A stretch of 64,000 bases of DNA, taken from the NCBI GenBank assembly GCA_000388065.2, contig KB932205.1; one strand, written 5' to 3'. This DNA comes from Fonticula alba ATCC 38817. Its lineage: Eukaryota; Protista; Nucleariida. Shown here in pieces: positions 45,004 through 58,655 of this stretch (within the stretch, counting starts at the first letter, position 1; each line of letters opens with the position of its first letter). Both the position numbers and the translations under genes were made by a program. Under the pieces are notes generated by a model. The model did no database searches, was not told the origin of the DNA, and worked only from the letters and a program-made list of their open reading frames with translations.

Positions 45004-46252
45004 ATGTTCCTCTCCCGGTCCCTGGTCCGGGCTGGCGCGTCCCTCCGCAACACCACCTCCCTCGTATGTGTTCCCTGCGTGGCCCTTTTGCCGTTCCCCT
45101 GGTCCTCTGTCTCGCCCCCCTCCCTCGCCGGCTAACACTGCTCGCGCTCGCGCTCGCGCTGGCCGCTCTTCGCAGATTTCCGTGCGTGCGTTCACCCAGA
45201 GCGTTCCCCGGCGCAACGAGGACAGCCCCTTCTCGTCGGCCGGCGTCCCGCAGGAGACCGCTGCCCGTAGCCCGGTCGTTGACACCGGTGTTTTCAATGA
45301 GGTGAACCTCCAGATCGAGGACTTCCCCGGCATTGCCCAGGGGGCCTTCGACCCGTCTATCACCGCCAAGCTCCTGGCCCCCCTGGACCCCGATGAGATT
45401 GAGATCAAGCCCGGTACGTGCACGAACGCGCGCGCGCGCGCACACACACACACACACATGCATGGTTTGCAAATGTGCATATACACGCCGCCTGCCTGGT
45501 GTCTCTCTCCCTCTCTCTCTCTCTGACAAGAGCCCCCTCCCGACAGACGGCCTGATCTATCTGCCTGAGATCAAGTACCGCCGCATCCTGAACGCCTCCC
45601 TCGGCCCCGGCGGCTGGGGTATGGTCCCCCGCAGCCCGCACACCTTCCAGGACCGGATCCTCTCGCGCGAGTATGCCCTCTTCGCCATGGGTCGCTTCGT
45701 GGGCCAGGCACGCGGCGAGCAGGTGTGTTGCCTCGTCCTCCTCTCTCTCTCCCCCCCCCCCCGTCCGACTTGCCCTTGCTCACTCTCGTTCTCCCGTCGC
45801 GCCTCTTCCCATGGCAGATTGTCTTCGACCGCCATGGCTTCCCCACCGCCTCCGAGGGTGTCAAGTCCAACGCCCTGGTGCGCTGCTGCAAGGATCTCGG
45901 CATTGCCAGCGAGCTCTGGGACCCGCGCTTCATCCTCGAGTGGAAGCAGAAGTATGCCGTCGAGCGCTGGTGCGTGTTTCCTCGTCTCTGCCCGCCTCCT
46001 CCCCGCGCATCCCCTCGCCGGCATTCCGCCACCTACTCACGCTTCTCCGCGCCCCCGCCGGACTGCCGGCAACACAGGGTCACCGACACCCGCACCAACA
46101 AGAAGTCCAAGGCCTGGCGCCGCAACGACCGCGTCTTCGACGCCCCTCTCGTCGAGTCGACCTTCTCCTCCAGCGCGGCTGGCGGTGCCAAGCCCGGGGT
46201 CCCCGGTGCTGGCGGTGCGCCCCCCGGCGCCGGTGCCCCCCAGACTCGCACC
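45004..46252 (+). CDS. MGM101: Mitochondrial genome maintenance protein Mgm101 (Rad52-like); 3' end in a gap
   Basis: Exons 45004-45063, 45176-45413, 45547-45722, 45818-45969, 46078->46252. Motifs [62 protein letters not shown]. Mitochondrial presequence. Confidence 0.96.
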
Positions 46253-47901
46253 NNNNNNNNNNNNNNNNNNNNNNNNNNNNNNNNNNNNNNNNNNNNNNNN
46301 NNNNNNNNNNNNNNNNNNNNNNNNNNNNNNNNNNNNNNNNNNNNNNNNNNNNNNNNNNNNNNNNNNNNNNNNNNNNNNNNNNNNNNNNNNNNNNNNNNNN
46401 NNNNNNNNNNNNNNNNNNNNNNNNNNNNNNNNNNNNNNNNNNNNNNNNNNNNNNNNNNNNNNNNNNNNNNNNNNNNNNNNNNNNNNNNNNNNNNNNNNNN
46501 NNNNNNNNNNNNNNNNNNNNNNNNNNNNNNNNNNNNNNNNNNNNNNNNNNNNNNNNNNNNNNNNNNNNNNNNNNNNNNNNNNNNNNNNNNNNNNNNNNNN
46601 NNNNNNNNNNNNNNNNNNNNNNNNNNNNNNNNNNNNNNNNNNNNNNNNNNNNNNNNNNNNNNNNNNNNNNNNNNNNNNNNNNNNNNNNNNNNNNNNNNNN
46701 NNNNNNNNNNNNNNNNNNNNNNNNNNNNNNNNNNNNNNNNNNNTCCTGCTCACCCGGCGCTGCGTCTTCCGTGCTGGGGGGGGGACGCGGGTAGTATGCT
46801 GGCCTGTGTGCATGCGGGGCCCGGCTCGCCCCCCTCCACTCCGCCTGAATATGGTTCGGCGGGACAATGAAGGGGGGTGCCGGGCAGCCCGCCGGTGCCT
46901 CTGCCCTCTCTGGCTCGTGGCCGGGGCGGAAGGCCTTGTCGGTGCGATGGTAGTTGACTAAAGATCCGTCGGCACTTGTCCGTGGCCAGGCGGGTCGTCC
47001 AGTATTCTGCCGACCGCCGGCCCTTTAATATTCGACCCGGTATATTTGCTCCAAAGGGACACCTCCTCGGCGGCTGGCGGGGCGACTTTCGGGGGCTGGT
47101 CCCTTTGTGTGCCTGACGTATGTGTTTCCCGAGGCAGACCGGGGGCGGGGCGGGGCCGTCGTGGGCGGAGATAGGCAGGGAGTCGCAGCCCCCCCCCCCC
47201 GCCCCTGTCCGGGGAGGGTGCTGGCGCGCGCGCGCATATTTGCACCGCCAGGTGGCCAGCATTCTTCCGAGAATTGTCACCCTGTCCGCTGGGGCTCCAT
47301 GCATATGCGCGCGCGGCCCTTGTGCATGCGTCTGTGGGCCGGTCTGTTTACACACATTCGGCGTCCGATCTTGATGTGCGCTCGGCCTCCCCCCNNNNNN
47401 NNNNNNNNNNNNNNNNNNNNNNNNNNNNNNNNNNNNNNNNNNNNNNNNNNNNNNNNNNNNNNNNNNNNNNNNNNNNNNNNNNNNNNNNNNNNNNNNNNNN
47501 NNNNNNNNNNNNNNNNNNNNNNNNNNNNNNNNNNNNNNNNNNNNNNNNNNNNNNNNNNNNNNNNNNNNNNNNNNNNNNNNNNNNNNNNNNNNNNNNNNNN
47601 NNNNNNNNNNNNNNNNNNNNNNNNNNNNNNNNNNNNNNNNNNNNNNNNNNNNNNNNNNNNNNNNNNNNNNNNNNNNNNNNNNNNNNNNNNNNNNNNNNNN
47701 NNNNNNNNNNNNNNNNNNNNNNNNNNNNNNNNNNNNNNNNNNNNNNNNNNNNNNNNNNNNNNNNNNNNNNNNNNNNNNNNNNNNNNNNNNNNNNNNNNNN
47801 NNNNNNNNNNNNNNNNNNNNNNNNNNNNNNNNNNNNNNNNNNNNNNNNNNNNNNNNNNNNNNNNNNNNNNNNNNNNNNNCCCCCCCCGCGCGCGCGCGCA
47901 G

Positions 47902-49103
47902 CATCCTCACCGAGGAGTTCCTCTACCTTCAGACCACATTCCAGGACCAGCAGGCCTCCGCCGGTGTGCTGCGCATCAACCGCGATGACGGCGCCATCTC
48001 CCTCGAGCGTATGTCCATCCTTCCTGGATTCTGCCCCTCCCCTCCCCGCCCTACAGCTCCGGCTGCTGCCCTGCTCTCTGACCCCCCTTTGCTCTTACCT
48101 CCTCGAAAGGCGAGATGCCCAGCGGCTCCCCGAAGCTGATCGATGCCTTCCTCGGCCTGATCAACCTCCACAGCGGTGCGTGCCCTCCTGTCTGCATGTG
48201 TCTTGCTCCGGTTGCTCGCTGGCATGCCGGATGCCCTAACCCTGTCTCCCCCCTCCCAGGCCTGCACATGGTCACCGTCGAGGCCTCCCGCCGTGTTGGC
48301 CGCATCGGCGAGTCCGATGCCGTTTACATGCTGCAGGATGTTTCCATCACGCGCATCTCCCGCAGCCCCGAGGACAACCTCACCCCTGTGCAGGTACGCA
48401 GCCTCCCCCTGCACCGTTTCTCGGATGACCCACCTGCCTTCCAGACATCTCACCCCCCCCCCCCCGCCTTCCCCCTTCCCCTGTCCGTCATGCGCAGCTC
48501 TCCACCGATCGTGACCATTGCGACATGATCGCCCGGCTGCTGGTCAAGGGCGGCTTCTACTTCAGCCCTACCTACGATCTGAGCCGGTCGCTGCAGGCCC
48601 AGCGTGACCTGCAGCAGGCCAACCCCGCGTACCAGGACAAGCTCCTGAGCCGGCGCTTCGACACTGCCTTCAACTGGGCCTCCTTCCTGCAGTTCCCCCT
48701 GATGAAGCAGATCATGGCCGACTCGACTGGCAGCCTGGCCGGCGCCGCTGCCTTCCTGATGCCCATCATGTGTGGCTTCGTCTCCATCAGCCCCGTCACC
48801 ATGTCCAACGGCCGGTCCTTCGATTACATCCTGCTCACCCGGCGCTGCGTCTTCCGTGCTGGCACCCGCTACAACACTCGCGGTGTGGATAGCACCGGGC
48901 GCGTGGCCAACTACAACGAAACCGAGGTCCAGGTCCGCCTGGCCGGTGCCTCCGGCCCGGGTGACATTATGTCCTACCGTCAGACCCGCGGTTCGATGCC
49001 CTTCTACTGGCGCCAGATCACCAACCTGCGCTACACCCCGGCGTTGGAGTTTGACAACCTCGCTCTTTGTGTGCGTCCGCGCCTTTTGCCGTTCTCTCTC
49101 CCT

Positions 49104-49136
<33 letters not shown>

Positions 49137-50996
49137 GCCTCTGTCCCCTTCCATTTTCCTCCCAACAAATGCCTCGCCCGATGTCCCTTTTTTTTCATGC
49201 ATCAATGCTCACACTCTGCCTTCTCTGTCTCCTCCCCTCTCTCCTCTCCTTGTTCTTCCCCTTAGCTCGATGTCTTCAAGAAGCACTTCAACGACGAGGT
49301 CAGCAAGTATGGCGACGTCGTGGCCGTGAACCTGATCAACGCCGGCGGCTATGAGGGTCGCCTGGGCCAGATGTTCGGCGAGCTCATCGAGAACATCGAT
49401 AACCCGCGTGTTCAGTGCGTTGGTTGTTTCGGGCCTTGTCTTTCTCTCCCTCTCTCGCATGTCCTTTTCTTGTTCCCCCCCCCCCCCCCCCTTTCGCTTC
49501 CACCCATCTCACATCATCCCATTCCGCCTGTCCTCCTTCAGCTATCTGCACTTCGACTTCCATGCCGAGTCTAAGGCTGGGCGCCTTGCCAACCTGACTG
49601 CCAAGACCGAGGCTCTCGGCGAGCGCCTTGCTGTTCAGGGGTACATGCACAAACATGCACCCAATCTCCCTCTCTCTGCCTCTCTCTCTCTCTATGCTTC
49701 TCTGCCTCGCTTCCCCCCTGCCTCTCTCTCCCTCTTTATTCGTCGCCTGCCTACACATGCTCACCGTTTGCACTTTCCCATCAAACTCCTTCTCAGCTTT
49801 TTCCATGAGTCCCCCGACGGCCAGGTTCTCTCGCGCCAGCACTCGATCGTGCGCACCAACTGCATGGATTGCCTGGACCGTACCAATGTGGCGCAGGAGA
49901 TGTTCGCCCGCCTGGCGCTGGTGGATTTCCTCAGCCGCTCCGGCATCCTCTCCTCGGCCAGCAGCGATGCCATCCCCTCCAACCTGGACTACATCCTGCG
50001 CAACGGTATGTCACCATCCGGTGTCTTTCTCTCCCTCTCCTTCTCTCTCTCTCTCTCCACCTTGACACACCTTCCCAAACTGACCCCTCCCTTCTGCTCT
50101 GCCTCCCTTCCCCGCATGTGCACAGTTTGGGCCGATAACGCCGACGCCGTGTCCACCTTCTACTCCGGCACTGGTGCTCTGAAGACCGACATCACCCGGT
50201 ACGCGGAGCAATATGTCCTGCCGTTCCTCCCAAGCCGCTCCTCTCTCTCTTCCCACCACTGGACGCCTTCTTACCAGGTTTCATTCCCCCCCCCCCCGCC
50301 CCCCCCCCCCCCCCCCTTGTCTACGCCTGTGCATCTTCTCAGCACTGGCAAGCGCACCATGCGTGGCGCCCTCCAGGACGGCATCAACTCCCTGCAGCGC
50401 TACCTGACCAATCAGTTCCTGGATGGCCGCCGTCAGGATGCCATTGACGCTCTTCTTGGCCAGCAGTCCACCACTGCCAGCCCCGATGACGATGCCAACG
50501 CCGCCAACAAGGTCGTCCGCCCGGCCGGTGTCAAATACGTATGTCTCCCTCCTGTGTTCTCGGCCCACCTCCCGCCCCCGCGCCCCCGCGCCCCCCCCTC
50601 CCCCATCGTGCTCTTCCCTTTGGCCAAGGAGCGACTCCAAACTTACCCCCCCCCTCCTCCAGATGCCCTTCCTGTTCTTCCTCTCCCTCTTCAACGTGGC
50701 GGCCACCCTGGTCAACCGGCCCTGTACGTGGTGCCTCGCATATTCGCCTCTCACTTGGGGTCCCCCCTCCCTCTTCTTCCCCCTCGCTTGGCCCTCACTC
50801 ACCGCGCGATGCAGCTTCCCCGACCTACACCTTCCTGATTCTGGCCTTCTGGTCGGGCCTGGCTTTCACTTCGGCTCGGGGGATCCTCAACAACGGGGGA
50901 CACCTGGTCAGCCGGCCCCGGATTTGGGATCCCCGTTCCGGCCGTGTCAAGCCCTTCTGGAGCCCCAGCTGCCTGTCGGATGGCGACTGCCAGTAA
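47902..50996 (+). CDS. SAC1: Sac1 phosphoinositide phosphatase; first exon probably in gap 47395-47879
   Basis: Exons 47902-48008, 48110-48175, 48260-48393, 48498-49070, 49266-49414, 49542-49640, 49797-50005, 50126-50198, 50343-50538, 50663-50723, 50815-50996. Motifs FYFSPTYDL, RAGTRYNTRG, QTRGSMPFYW, catalytic RTNCMDCLDRTN, WADNAD, YSGTGALK, two C-terminal TM helices. Confidence 0.96.
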
Positions 50997-51575
50997 TAGG
51001 CGCTGGCCCGGGGCCGGGAGAGCAAGTCCACGGCCCTGGCTTCGTGACTCATCATCTCCTCGCTCGCGCGCGGAGGTATCCGCATGTCCGACACATATGC
51101 CACACGATCGCGAGGAGGGGGTGCCCCCCCCCCCCTCCACGGAGCTCCAATGGTCAACCGCCGAACATTCCTCCGAGGGAGTGCATTAGTGCATGTCCCA
51201 CCTCCCCCCCCCCCTCTCTCTCTCTCCTGCCCGAAAGGGGTGAAAAAGAATAAAAAGAAAGATTGTCCAGCCGATTGCGCCCAGTCCAAGGGAAGGCCCA
51301 TTCCTTGCCTTCTGCCAAGCTGGCATGCGCGCGAGTGGGGGTCAAATCTATCAATGTATATTGTATGTGTGTGAGGGGGAAGGGAGGCGCGCGGATGGGC
51401 TGCCGCTGGCGATGGTTTTTTTTTCCGTCTCCCGTTGAGGCATGAGGAAAGGCCCGGCAGGTGTGGATGCGGATATACGGTGCGATGGGCACACTGGACG
51501 CGCTGAGGCACACGCCATGTGAACAAGGTAGGACGCGCCGGGGAGGCTTCCTGCCAGGGCTTTTTTTTTTCCTTC

Positions 51576-52323
51576 TTAGATCTGCGTGATACGGGGCTTG
51601 TGCGGCGGGGTGTCCATCGGGTCCAGCATGTCCAGGGGCATGGTGCGCTCAAGGGCCGGCTTGAGAGCGTACGCCGGCGAGCCGAGTGGCACATTGGACC
51701 AGGACTCGTAGCGGCGATCGATGACACGGAAGAGACGCGGGGCGTCGGTTTGCAGCTCCAGGCGCGCCTCGCGATGGAGGGCCACCTTCCTGCGGATGTG
51801 CTCCACATGCAGGTTATGCTGGGCCTGGCGGAAAATCCGGTTGGCGTAGAGGATGAAGTTCACACGTTCGCGGTTCTCCAGAGTGTCGGGCGAGTACTTG
51901 GTGGGGATGTCACCGACGGGGTTGATGAAGTCCACCGTGCGGGCCAGGACGGCCTGAGCCTCCTTCGGGTCTTCGGGCGAGGGGTGGTGGTGGTGGTGGC
52001 GGCGGCGACAGTGGGCATGTGAGCATAAGGCGGGCGGGGCGGGCGGAGCAGGGGAAGACAGAGAGGGCAGGGAGGCAGGCGTCGCGCCGAACGGCAAAGA
52101 GAGGGGCGAGGAGAGGCGAAGAGGAGGGAGGGGGAGAAGGCGCACCCATGATGATGTCATCCTCGCTGACAGTCTTCTTCTTGGCGGACTTCTTGGCGGC
52201 CTTCTTGGAGTAAAACTGGGCACCAGCTGGGGTGGCCAGGACCACCTGGGGGCGCGCAGCGGCGACGGCGGTAAGACGGTGCGCGGCGGCGGCGGAGGTG
52301 GAAAGCAGCCCACGAGAGAGCAT
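51576..52323 (-). CDS. MRPL40: Mitochondrial ribosomal protein mL40 (yeast MrpL28 family)
   Basis: Exons 52323-52146 and 51970-51576. Presequence MLSRGLLSTSAAAAHRL, Lys-rich KKAAKKSAKKK, core ERVNFILYANRIFRQAQH...REARLELQTDAPRLF and terminal DTPP, similar to recalled mL40 (QQEALEELQLESPKL...YTPP). Confidence 0.68.
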
Positions 52324-53566
52324 TTTCGGGCGACTTCTCCTGAGCGATTCTGGAGAGCCCCCCGACGAGGAAAAAGGGCCGCACGTAAACATTCGAACAG
52401 GAGGTCAGTAGCTGCAGCGAGAGGCAGGACAGGCCGGTGGAGAGGAGCGGGATGCGTGGCAGGCGAAGTGCGCGAGGCGGAGGCACGAACAGGGTGCAGG
52501 GGCGACAGCAGGCGGATGGGCAGAGGAGCGGGGTGCGGGATCGGCCCGGCCGGCCCGGCCCCCAGGGGTGGCCGCCGAAAATGATGCGCCTGACGGATCG
52601 CCGCGCCTCCCCCACCGACCCCAGGGCCGAGCGGAGGTGGTGTGTGGGAGCGCGCGGACCCTCCCCTTCCTCCCCCCCCCGGCCGGTCGCCCTCCTGCAC
52701 TGTGCCGTCTGCGCTGCCAGCCAACCGCCCGGGGAGGGGGCGCGGGGGGGGGGGGGGGGCAAGGACGCCGAGCCCTGGGGTTGAACGTGGCCTTTGCAAA
52801 TAGGTCGCACGTGTGAAGTGCGCTGGCACTTCTCTCGGGTGGGCGCGTCTCTCGCGTCGCGGGGTTCTGCAACTATAGAAGGCCGGCCGCTCCGTTCCCC
52901 TTTGCATGGGGAGGGGGGGGGGCTTGGGCATTGTAGGCTCCGATTCGGAATAAATCGGCTCCTTGTGGGGGTGGCGAGATGCAGAGGAGGCTCGGCCGGA
53001 GGGCCGAGGGGAGGGCCCCCCTCGACGCGAGATTTCCGCCGAGGGAGAGTCCGTGCACATGCGCGTGCGCGAGCACACACCCTCTTCTCCCCCCTCCCCT
53101 TGTCCTTGGTCGTGTGTCCCGCGACGCCCAACGGAAATATCATGCTTCCTGGCGGTGAGGCCGGCCCGGAGGCCAGCTCGGCTCAGTTGGCAGGCGCCGC
53201 CCCGGTCCTAGGCTCTTGGCCCTTGGCCGGCGGGCACGCGCGCGCGCGCACGCACGCACGCACGCAGGTGTACACTCTCTCTCTCTCTCCCCGGGAAAAT
53301 GTGTGCCGGCTCCTGTAGGGCCGTTCCGTGGGAGGGGGTGGCCGGTGCCCGTGGAACAGGGGAGGTGTTGAGGCCTGTTGCACACGGGCCCACAGGGGTG
53401 CACGGTCGATCTGCCCGGATTTGGGCCCCCCCCCCACCGACCGACCACGGAAAACGCCCCTCCCACCAGTCCGACCCCTCCTTCCACTCTCGCCATTTGA
53501 TTGCCCTGCGTGTGTCCCTGCCTTCTCCGGTCGCCGAAGGCACTCTTCCCCCTGTCCTCCATCGGC

Positions 53567-56500
53567 ATGACTTCCAACGCCGCGAATGCCGCCCGCCGCG
53601 ATGAGCATCAGCTGCGCTTTATCCTGGTACCGCCCTCCCCTCCTCCCTGCACCTTTCACCTTGTGGGCGATGGCATGCCTCCCGGGATCCCCGGGCGCAC
53701 TGTCATCCGGATGCCTCTCTTCCTCCCCTTCGGTCGTGCTCTTACTGACCTGGCTTCCTCGCTCCGCAGCAACTCCACGACTCGCAGCAGTATCGCAATG
53801 CGCTCAAGGAATGCGACAAGATCCTGAAGAAGCAGCCGACCAGCGGTGGTTCGTTTGTCCCCCCCCCCCCCCTATACTTCCATGCCTCGGCCCCCCTCAC
53901 GTCCAACCACCNNNNNNNNNNNNNNNNNNNNNNNNNNNNNNNNNNNNNNNNNNNNNNNNNNNNNNNNNNNNNNNNNNNNNNNNNNNNNNNNNNNNNNNNN
54001 NNNNNNNNNNNNNNNNNNNNNNNNNNNNNNNNNNNNNNNNNNNNNNNNNNNNNNNNNNNNNNNNNNNNNNNNNNNNNNNNNNNNNNNNNNNNNNNNNNNN
54101 NNNNNNNNNNNNNNNNNNNNNNNNNNNNNNNNNNNNNNNNNNNNNNNNNNNNNNNNNNNNNNNNNNNNNNNNNNNNNNNNNNNNNNNNNNNNNNNNNNNN
54201 NNNNNNNNNNNNNNCCCCCCCCCCCCTCGCACCGTATTCAGGTGTCCTCGCGCTCAAGGCCCTGACGCTGAACTTCCTCAAGCGCAAGGAGGAGGCCTAT
54301 GAGCTTGCCCGTCAGGCGGTGCAGAACAACCTGACCAACTTCCTGTGTGCGTTGCCTCTGTCTGTGCGCCCCTGCTTCCCTGTTGGTTCCTCCTCCCCTC
54401 TGGCTGACTGTCTTGCCGCTGGTCATCTCCCTCCCTTCCCTTCCACCTTCGCGCTGGCAAACAGGCTGGCATGTCATTGGTCTGATCTATCGCTCGGACC
54501 GTAACTACACCGAGGCCATCAAGTGCTATCGCAATGCGCTTCGCATCGACCCTGTACGCCGGCCTCGCCTTCCGCCGCCTTCTCTCGCCCATTTCCCTCT
54601 CTTCGTTGCCGATTGCCTCCCCGCTGACGCCCCCTCCCTCGCCCGCCAGACCAACTACAACCTCCTGTATGACATGAGCAACCTCCTCCTGCAGGAGCGC
54701 AAGTTCACCGAGTGCCTGGTACGCACATGCACATCTATCCCCCCCCCCCCCNNNNNNNNNNNNNNNNNNNNNNNNNNNNNNNNNNNNNNNNNNNNNNNNN
54801 NNNNNNNNNNNNNNNNNNNNNNNNNNNNNNNNNNNNNNNNNNNNNNNNNNNNNNNNNNNNNNNNNNNNNNNNNNNNNNNNNNNNNNNNNNNNNNNNNNNN
54901 NNNNNNNNNNNNNNNNNNNNNNNNNNNNNNNNNNNNNNNNNNNNNNNNNNNNNNNNNNNNNNNNNNNNNNNNNNNNNNNNNNNNNNNNNNNNNNNNNNNN
55001 NNNNNNNNNNNNNNNNNNNNNNNNNNNNNNNNNNNNNNNNNNNNCCCCCCCCTCGCTCCCTCGGTCTCTCTCTGCACTCGATAGCCGACCTTCTGGCCAA
55101 CCTGAACCGCACGGCCGAGGCCGAGGCCATCCTGCTGGCCGAGTTTGACCGGAACCCGGAGAACGCCGACCTGGTGCGGGCGCTGCTGCGCGTGCGCGGC
55201 GGTGCCGACGCCGAGGCCGGCCTCTACGCGGAGCTGGCCCAGCGCCGCCCCCGGTCGCAACTGGTCCGCCATCTCCAGCTGACGAGCAGCACCGGGGCGG
55301 ATTTCGCCCGGCAGCTGGCCACCGGGGTGGTGGCTGGCATCCGGCGCTGCGTGCCGTCGACCTTCAACTCGCTGAAGGCTCGGCTGTATGTGGATGCCGA
55401 GTCGCGCACCATCACCGAGACCCTGGTGACGGATCTGCTCCGGTCTTCGGAGGCCGGCGGGCGTCTGCAGTCGTCGCTGCTGCCGGCCGGCGAGGAGAAG
55501 GCCGACTTCTCCGAGCCTGCCTCCTCGCGCCTGTGGGTGCTCTATTTTGCGGCCAACCACTATGCCGCTGTGCTGGACCTGGAGCGGGCTCTGGAGCTGG
55601 TGGATCTGGCCATCGCCCATACCCCGACCCTGCCCGATCTGTACATCCTCAAGGGGAAGCTGCTGAAGGTGGGTTGTGTCCTCCTGCTCCTCGGCCTTCC
55701 GCCGGCTCTTCGGGCCTGGCTCTCTCTCTCTCTCTCTCTCTCTCTCGGGGCATCCGGTCCTTCCCACTGACACTCCGTTTCCCACTCATTCGCTGGCTCA
55801 CTTCCTTGCGGTTGCATATGTGACGGGCGGCGTCCAGTCGTGCGGCGACCTGAAGGGCGCCATGGCCGCCTCGACCTACGCCTTCGACCTGGACAAGCAG
55901 GACCGCTACCTGAACACGGAGGCCTGCAAGATCTCCCTCGAGGCGGGGGATCTCGCGCATGCCGAGAAGCTGATCGAGAACTTCACCCGCGCCGACCCGG
56001 ACGGCGCCAGTGTCCTCAAGTCCCTGGACCAGCTGCAATTCTCCTGGTTCTCCACCCTGGCCGGCAAGGCGCTGCTGAAGGACCGCCAGGCGTACAAGGC
56101 CCTGGCGCGCTTCCGCCAGGTTCACCGGATCTACCTGGAGTTCTGGGATGACCAGCTGGACTTCCACACCTATTGCCTGCGCAAGATGACCCTCCGTGCC
56201 TATGCCAGCCTCATTTCCTATGAGAACCGCATCCGCAAGGATGTGGCCTTCTTCGATGCCGCGCTCGGCGCCATTGAGGCGTACATCTTTGTGCATGACC
56301 ACCCGGCCGAGGCGGGCCGCGAGCTGGCCACAGTCCTGAAGGCGCAGGAGAAGGTCGCGGTCAAGCAGCGTGCCGCGGCCGCGGCCGCCGGCAAGACGTA
56401 CAGTGCGTGGGGCATTTGTTCGCCTTCTGCTCTGTGTTTCTTTCCTTCACACACCCCCTTCCTCGGGCGGTCGGGTATTTGACATGGCTTTCCCGTGGGT

Positions 56501-57466
56501 TTCTTCTCACCAGCCTCTTTTCCTGTCGCTCGCTTGCCTCGTTCCCATCCCTTCAATGCCCGGTGTTGGCTGTGTGATAGCCGTCCCGGCCACCGATGTC
56601 GAGGCCGTTGAGGATCTCCTCCAGGAGGCCATCGACAACTTTGTCCGGCCGCTGGTCCAGGACTACCCGGGGGACATTCGCGTGCAGGTTGGCGCGGCGG
56701 CGATCTACGCACGCAAGGGCCTGCTTGATCTGGCCCAGCGTGCCCTGCTGGCTGGCCTGGCCATTGACGCCTCGCACCCGGACCTGCTGGTGGCTCTGGT
56801 GTACTTCCTGACCAAGGCTGTTCCGGCATCGAGCGGTTTCGCCCCCGACGCTGGTCTGCCTACTTCGGCGGAGGCTCTCATCGCCGCGGCCCCGCGTAGC
56901 AGCATCCCCCACCTGAGTGGTGGTGCGTTCTCCCTTGTCTGTCGCTTCTCTCCATCCCTCTTGATCCCCCTCTCGTCCATCTTGCGCCCCGGCCGGCGTC
57001 TTGTCTGCTGTCTTCCTCTCTTTCTCTTCCCCCCCCCCCTTTGCCACCCTCCCATTCCCGCGCTTGCGCTCCCCCCTTGATTGCTGCACACGCGGTGTCC
57101 CGACGTCTGACGTTCGCGCCCCTCCCCTCTCCGCCTCGAATGACAGTCCTCCGGGCCACGGCTCTCATGCATGGGCCGACTGCCGCCGAGACCCAGGCCG
57201 CCGGGATGGCTTTCGCCACGGCGACCGGTGCTCTGACCGCGGACCAGATCAGCGTGGTCGAGGACCTCCCGGTGGCGGAGGCCGCTCTGGCCTGGCTGAA
57301 GGCCCATGGCCAGGAGGCCGCGGCCAGCGCCTTCTCCGAGGCGTGCCAGAAGATTTGGCCGCGTGCCACCGCCTTCGGCAGTGCCGCCTTCTCGATAGAT
57401 GAGCTGCGCCAGTCTCTGGCTCTGGCGTCGGGCTGCGAGAAGGAGGGCTTCTCGCCGCTCGCCTGA
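53567..57466 (+). CDS. NAA15: NatA N-terminal acetyltransferase auxiliary subunit
   Basis: Exons 53567-53626, 53770-53848, 54242-54346, 54465-54553, 54650-54718, [gap], 55085-55668, 55838-56402, 56581-56922, 57147-57466. Motifs [88 protein letters not shown]. Confidence 0.96.
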
Positions 57467-58655
57467 GCGGGCAGCTGCGCGCACGCACAAGCATGTAATG
57501 GCACAAGGTGGCAGAGGGTCTCGCGGTGAGGCAGCAGCCACCCTTTTGCCAGGCCCCTTCCCCTCCGCCTCTTCCTCCTCCCCTCCCTCTCCCGATAGCT
57601 CTCCATGAGCGCCGCGTGGCGGTGGGGGCATCTTCCGGCACCCTCGCGGCGCGTAGGCAGTCAAGCACGAGCGGGTTCGCATGCCCTGGCACGGCGATGT
57701 GTGTAGTCTCCCGGTCATTAGATCTCGGGTTCTCCTTCTCAATAGGAGGGACCGTCTCCCTGTGGACAAACACAGGGGTGGCCGTGGAGGCGGACCCACA
57801 TCTCCTGGGCCAGGGTGTGTGAGCCTGCCCCGTGGCTCACCGCGGGGACCTTCTTTCGCCTGCCCCCCCCGCGGAGGGCCTCCCTTTTCAAGCCTCCTTC
57901 CTCCCCGCTTCCCCAACCGCGGGAGCCTGGGCGAAACGTCGCGGGGGCACGCAAAAATACACAGCACCGCGTCTTTCCGCCGCCTTTTTCTTGGCTGCGC
58001 GCTCCGCGCGGCGCGGCTTTTCGGGGTCTCTCTCTTCTTTTGCGCGGGCTGAATGTCGCGGCCTGGTGGCGGGCAATGTGCCAACGGATGGGTGCTCCGT
58101 CGGGAGCTCGCGATGCCGGCGGCTCCATCAGGCGCCGCGGCGCCGGCCGCTCCGGTGGTCTGGGGGAGAGCAGCACACAGACACAATTCCGCACTAGCGT
58201 GCAGACTTACGCCTGATTTGCCTTCCCCCCCCCCCNNNNNNNNNNNNNNNNNNNNNNNNNNNNNNNNNNNNNNNNNNNNNNNNNNNNNNNNNNNNNNNNN
58301 NNNNNNNNNNNNNNNNNNNNNNNNNNNNNNNNNNNNNNNNNNNNNNNNNNNNNNNNNNNNNNNNNNNNNNNNNNNNNNNNNNNNNNNNNNNNNNNNNNNN
58401 NNNNNNNNNNNNNNNNNNNNNNNNNNNNNNNNNNNNNNNNNNNNNNNNNNNNNNNNNNNNNNNNNNNNNNNNNNNNNNNNNNNNNNNNNNNNNNNNNNNN
58501 NNNNNNNNNNNNNNNNNNNNNNNNNNNNNNNNNNNNNNNNNNNNNNNNNNNNNNNNNNNNNNNNNNNNNNNNNNNNNNNNNNNNNNNNNNNNNNNNNNNN
58601 NNNNNNNNNNNNNNNNNNNNNNNNNNNNNNNNNNNNNNNNNNNNNNNNNNNNNNN

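Noticed and set aside
46744-46777. 34-nt exact copy of SAC1 coding sequence (48829-48862) at a contig start
   Set aside because: It sits directly against a gap and runs into a G-run; most likely a chimeric or mis-joined read, not a duplication or pseudogene.
58113-58160. ATG at 58113 (MPAAPSGAAAPAAP) as the FIP1 first exon
   Set aside because: Possible, but the donor is weak and the adjacent 420-N gap prevents phase checking, so it was not called.
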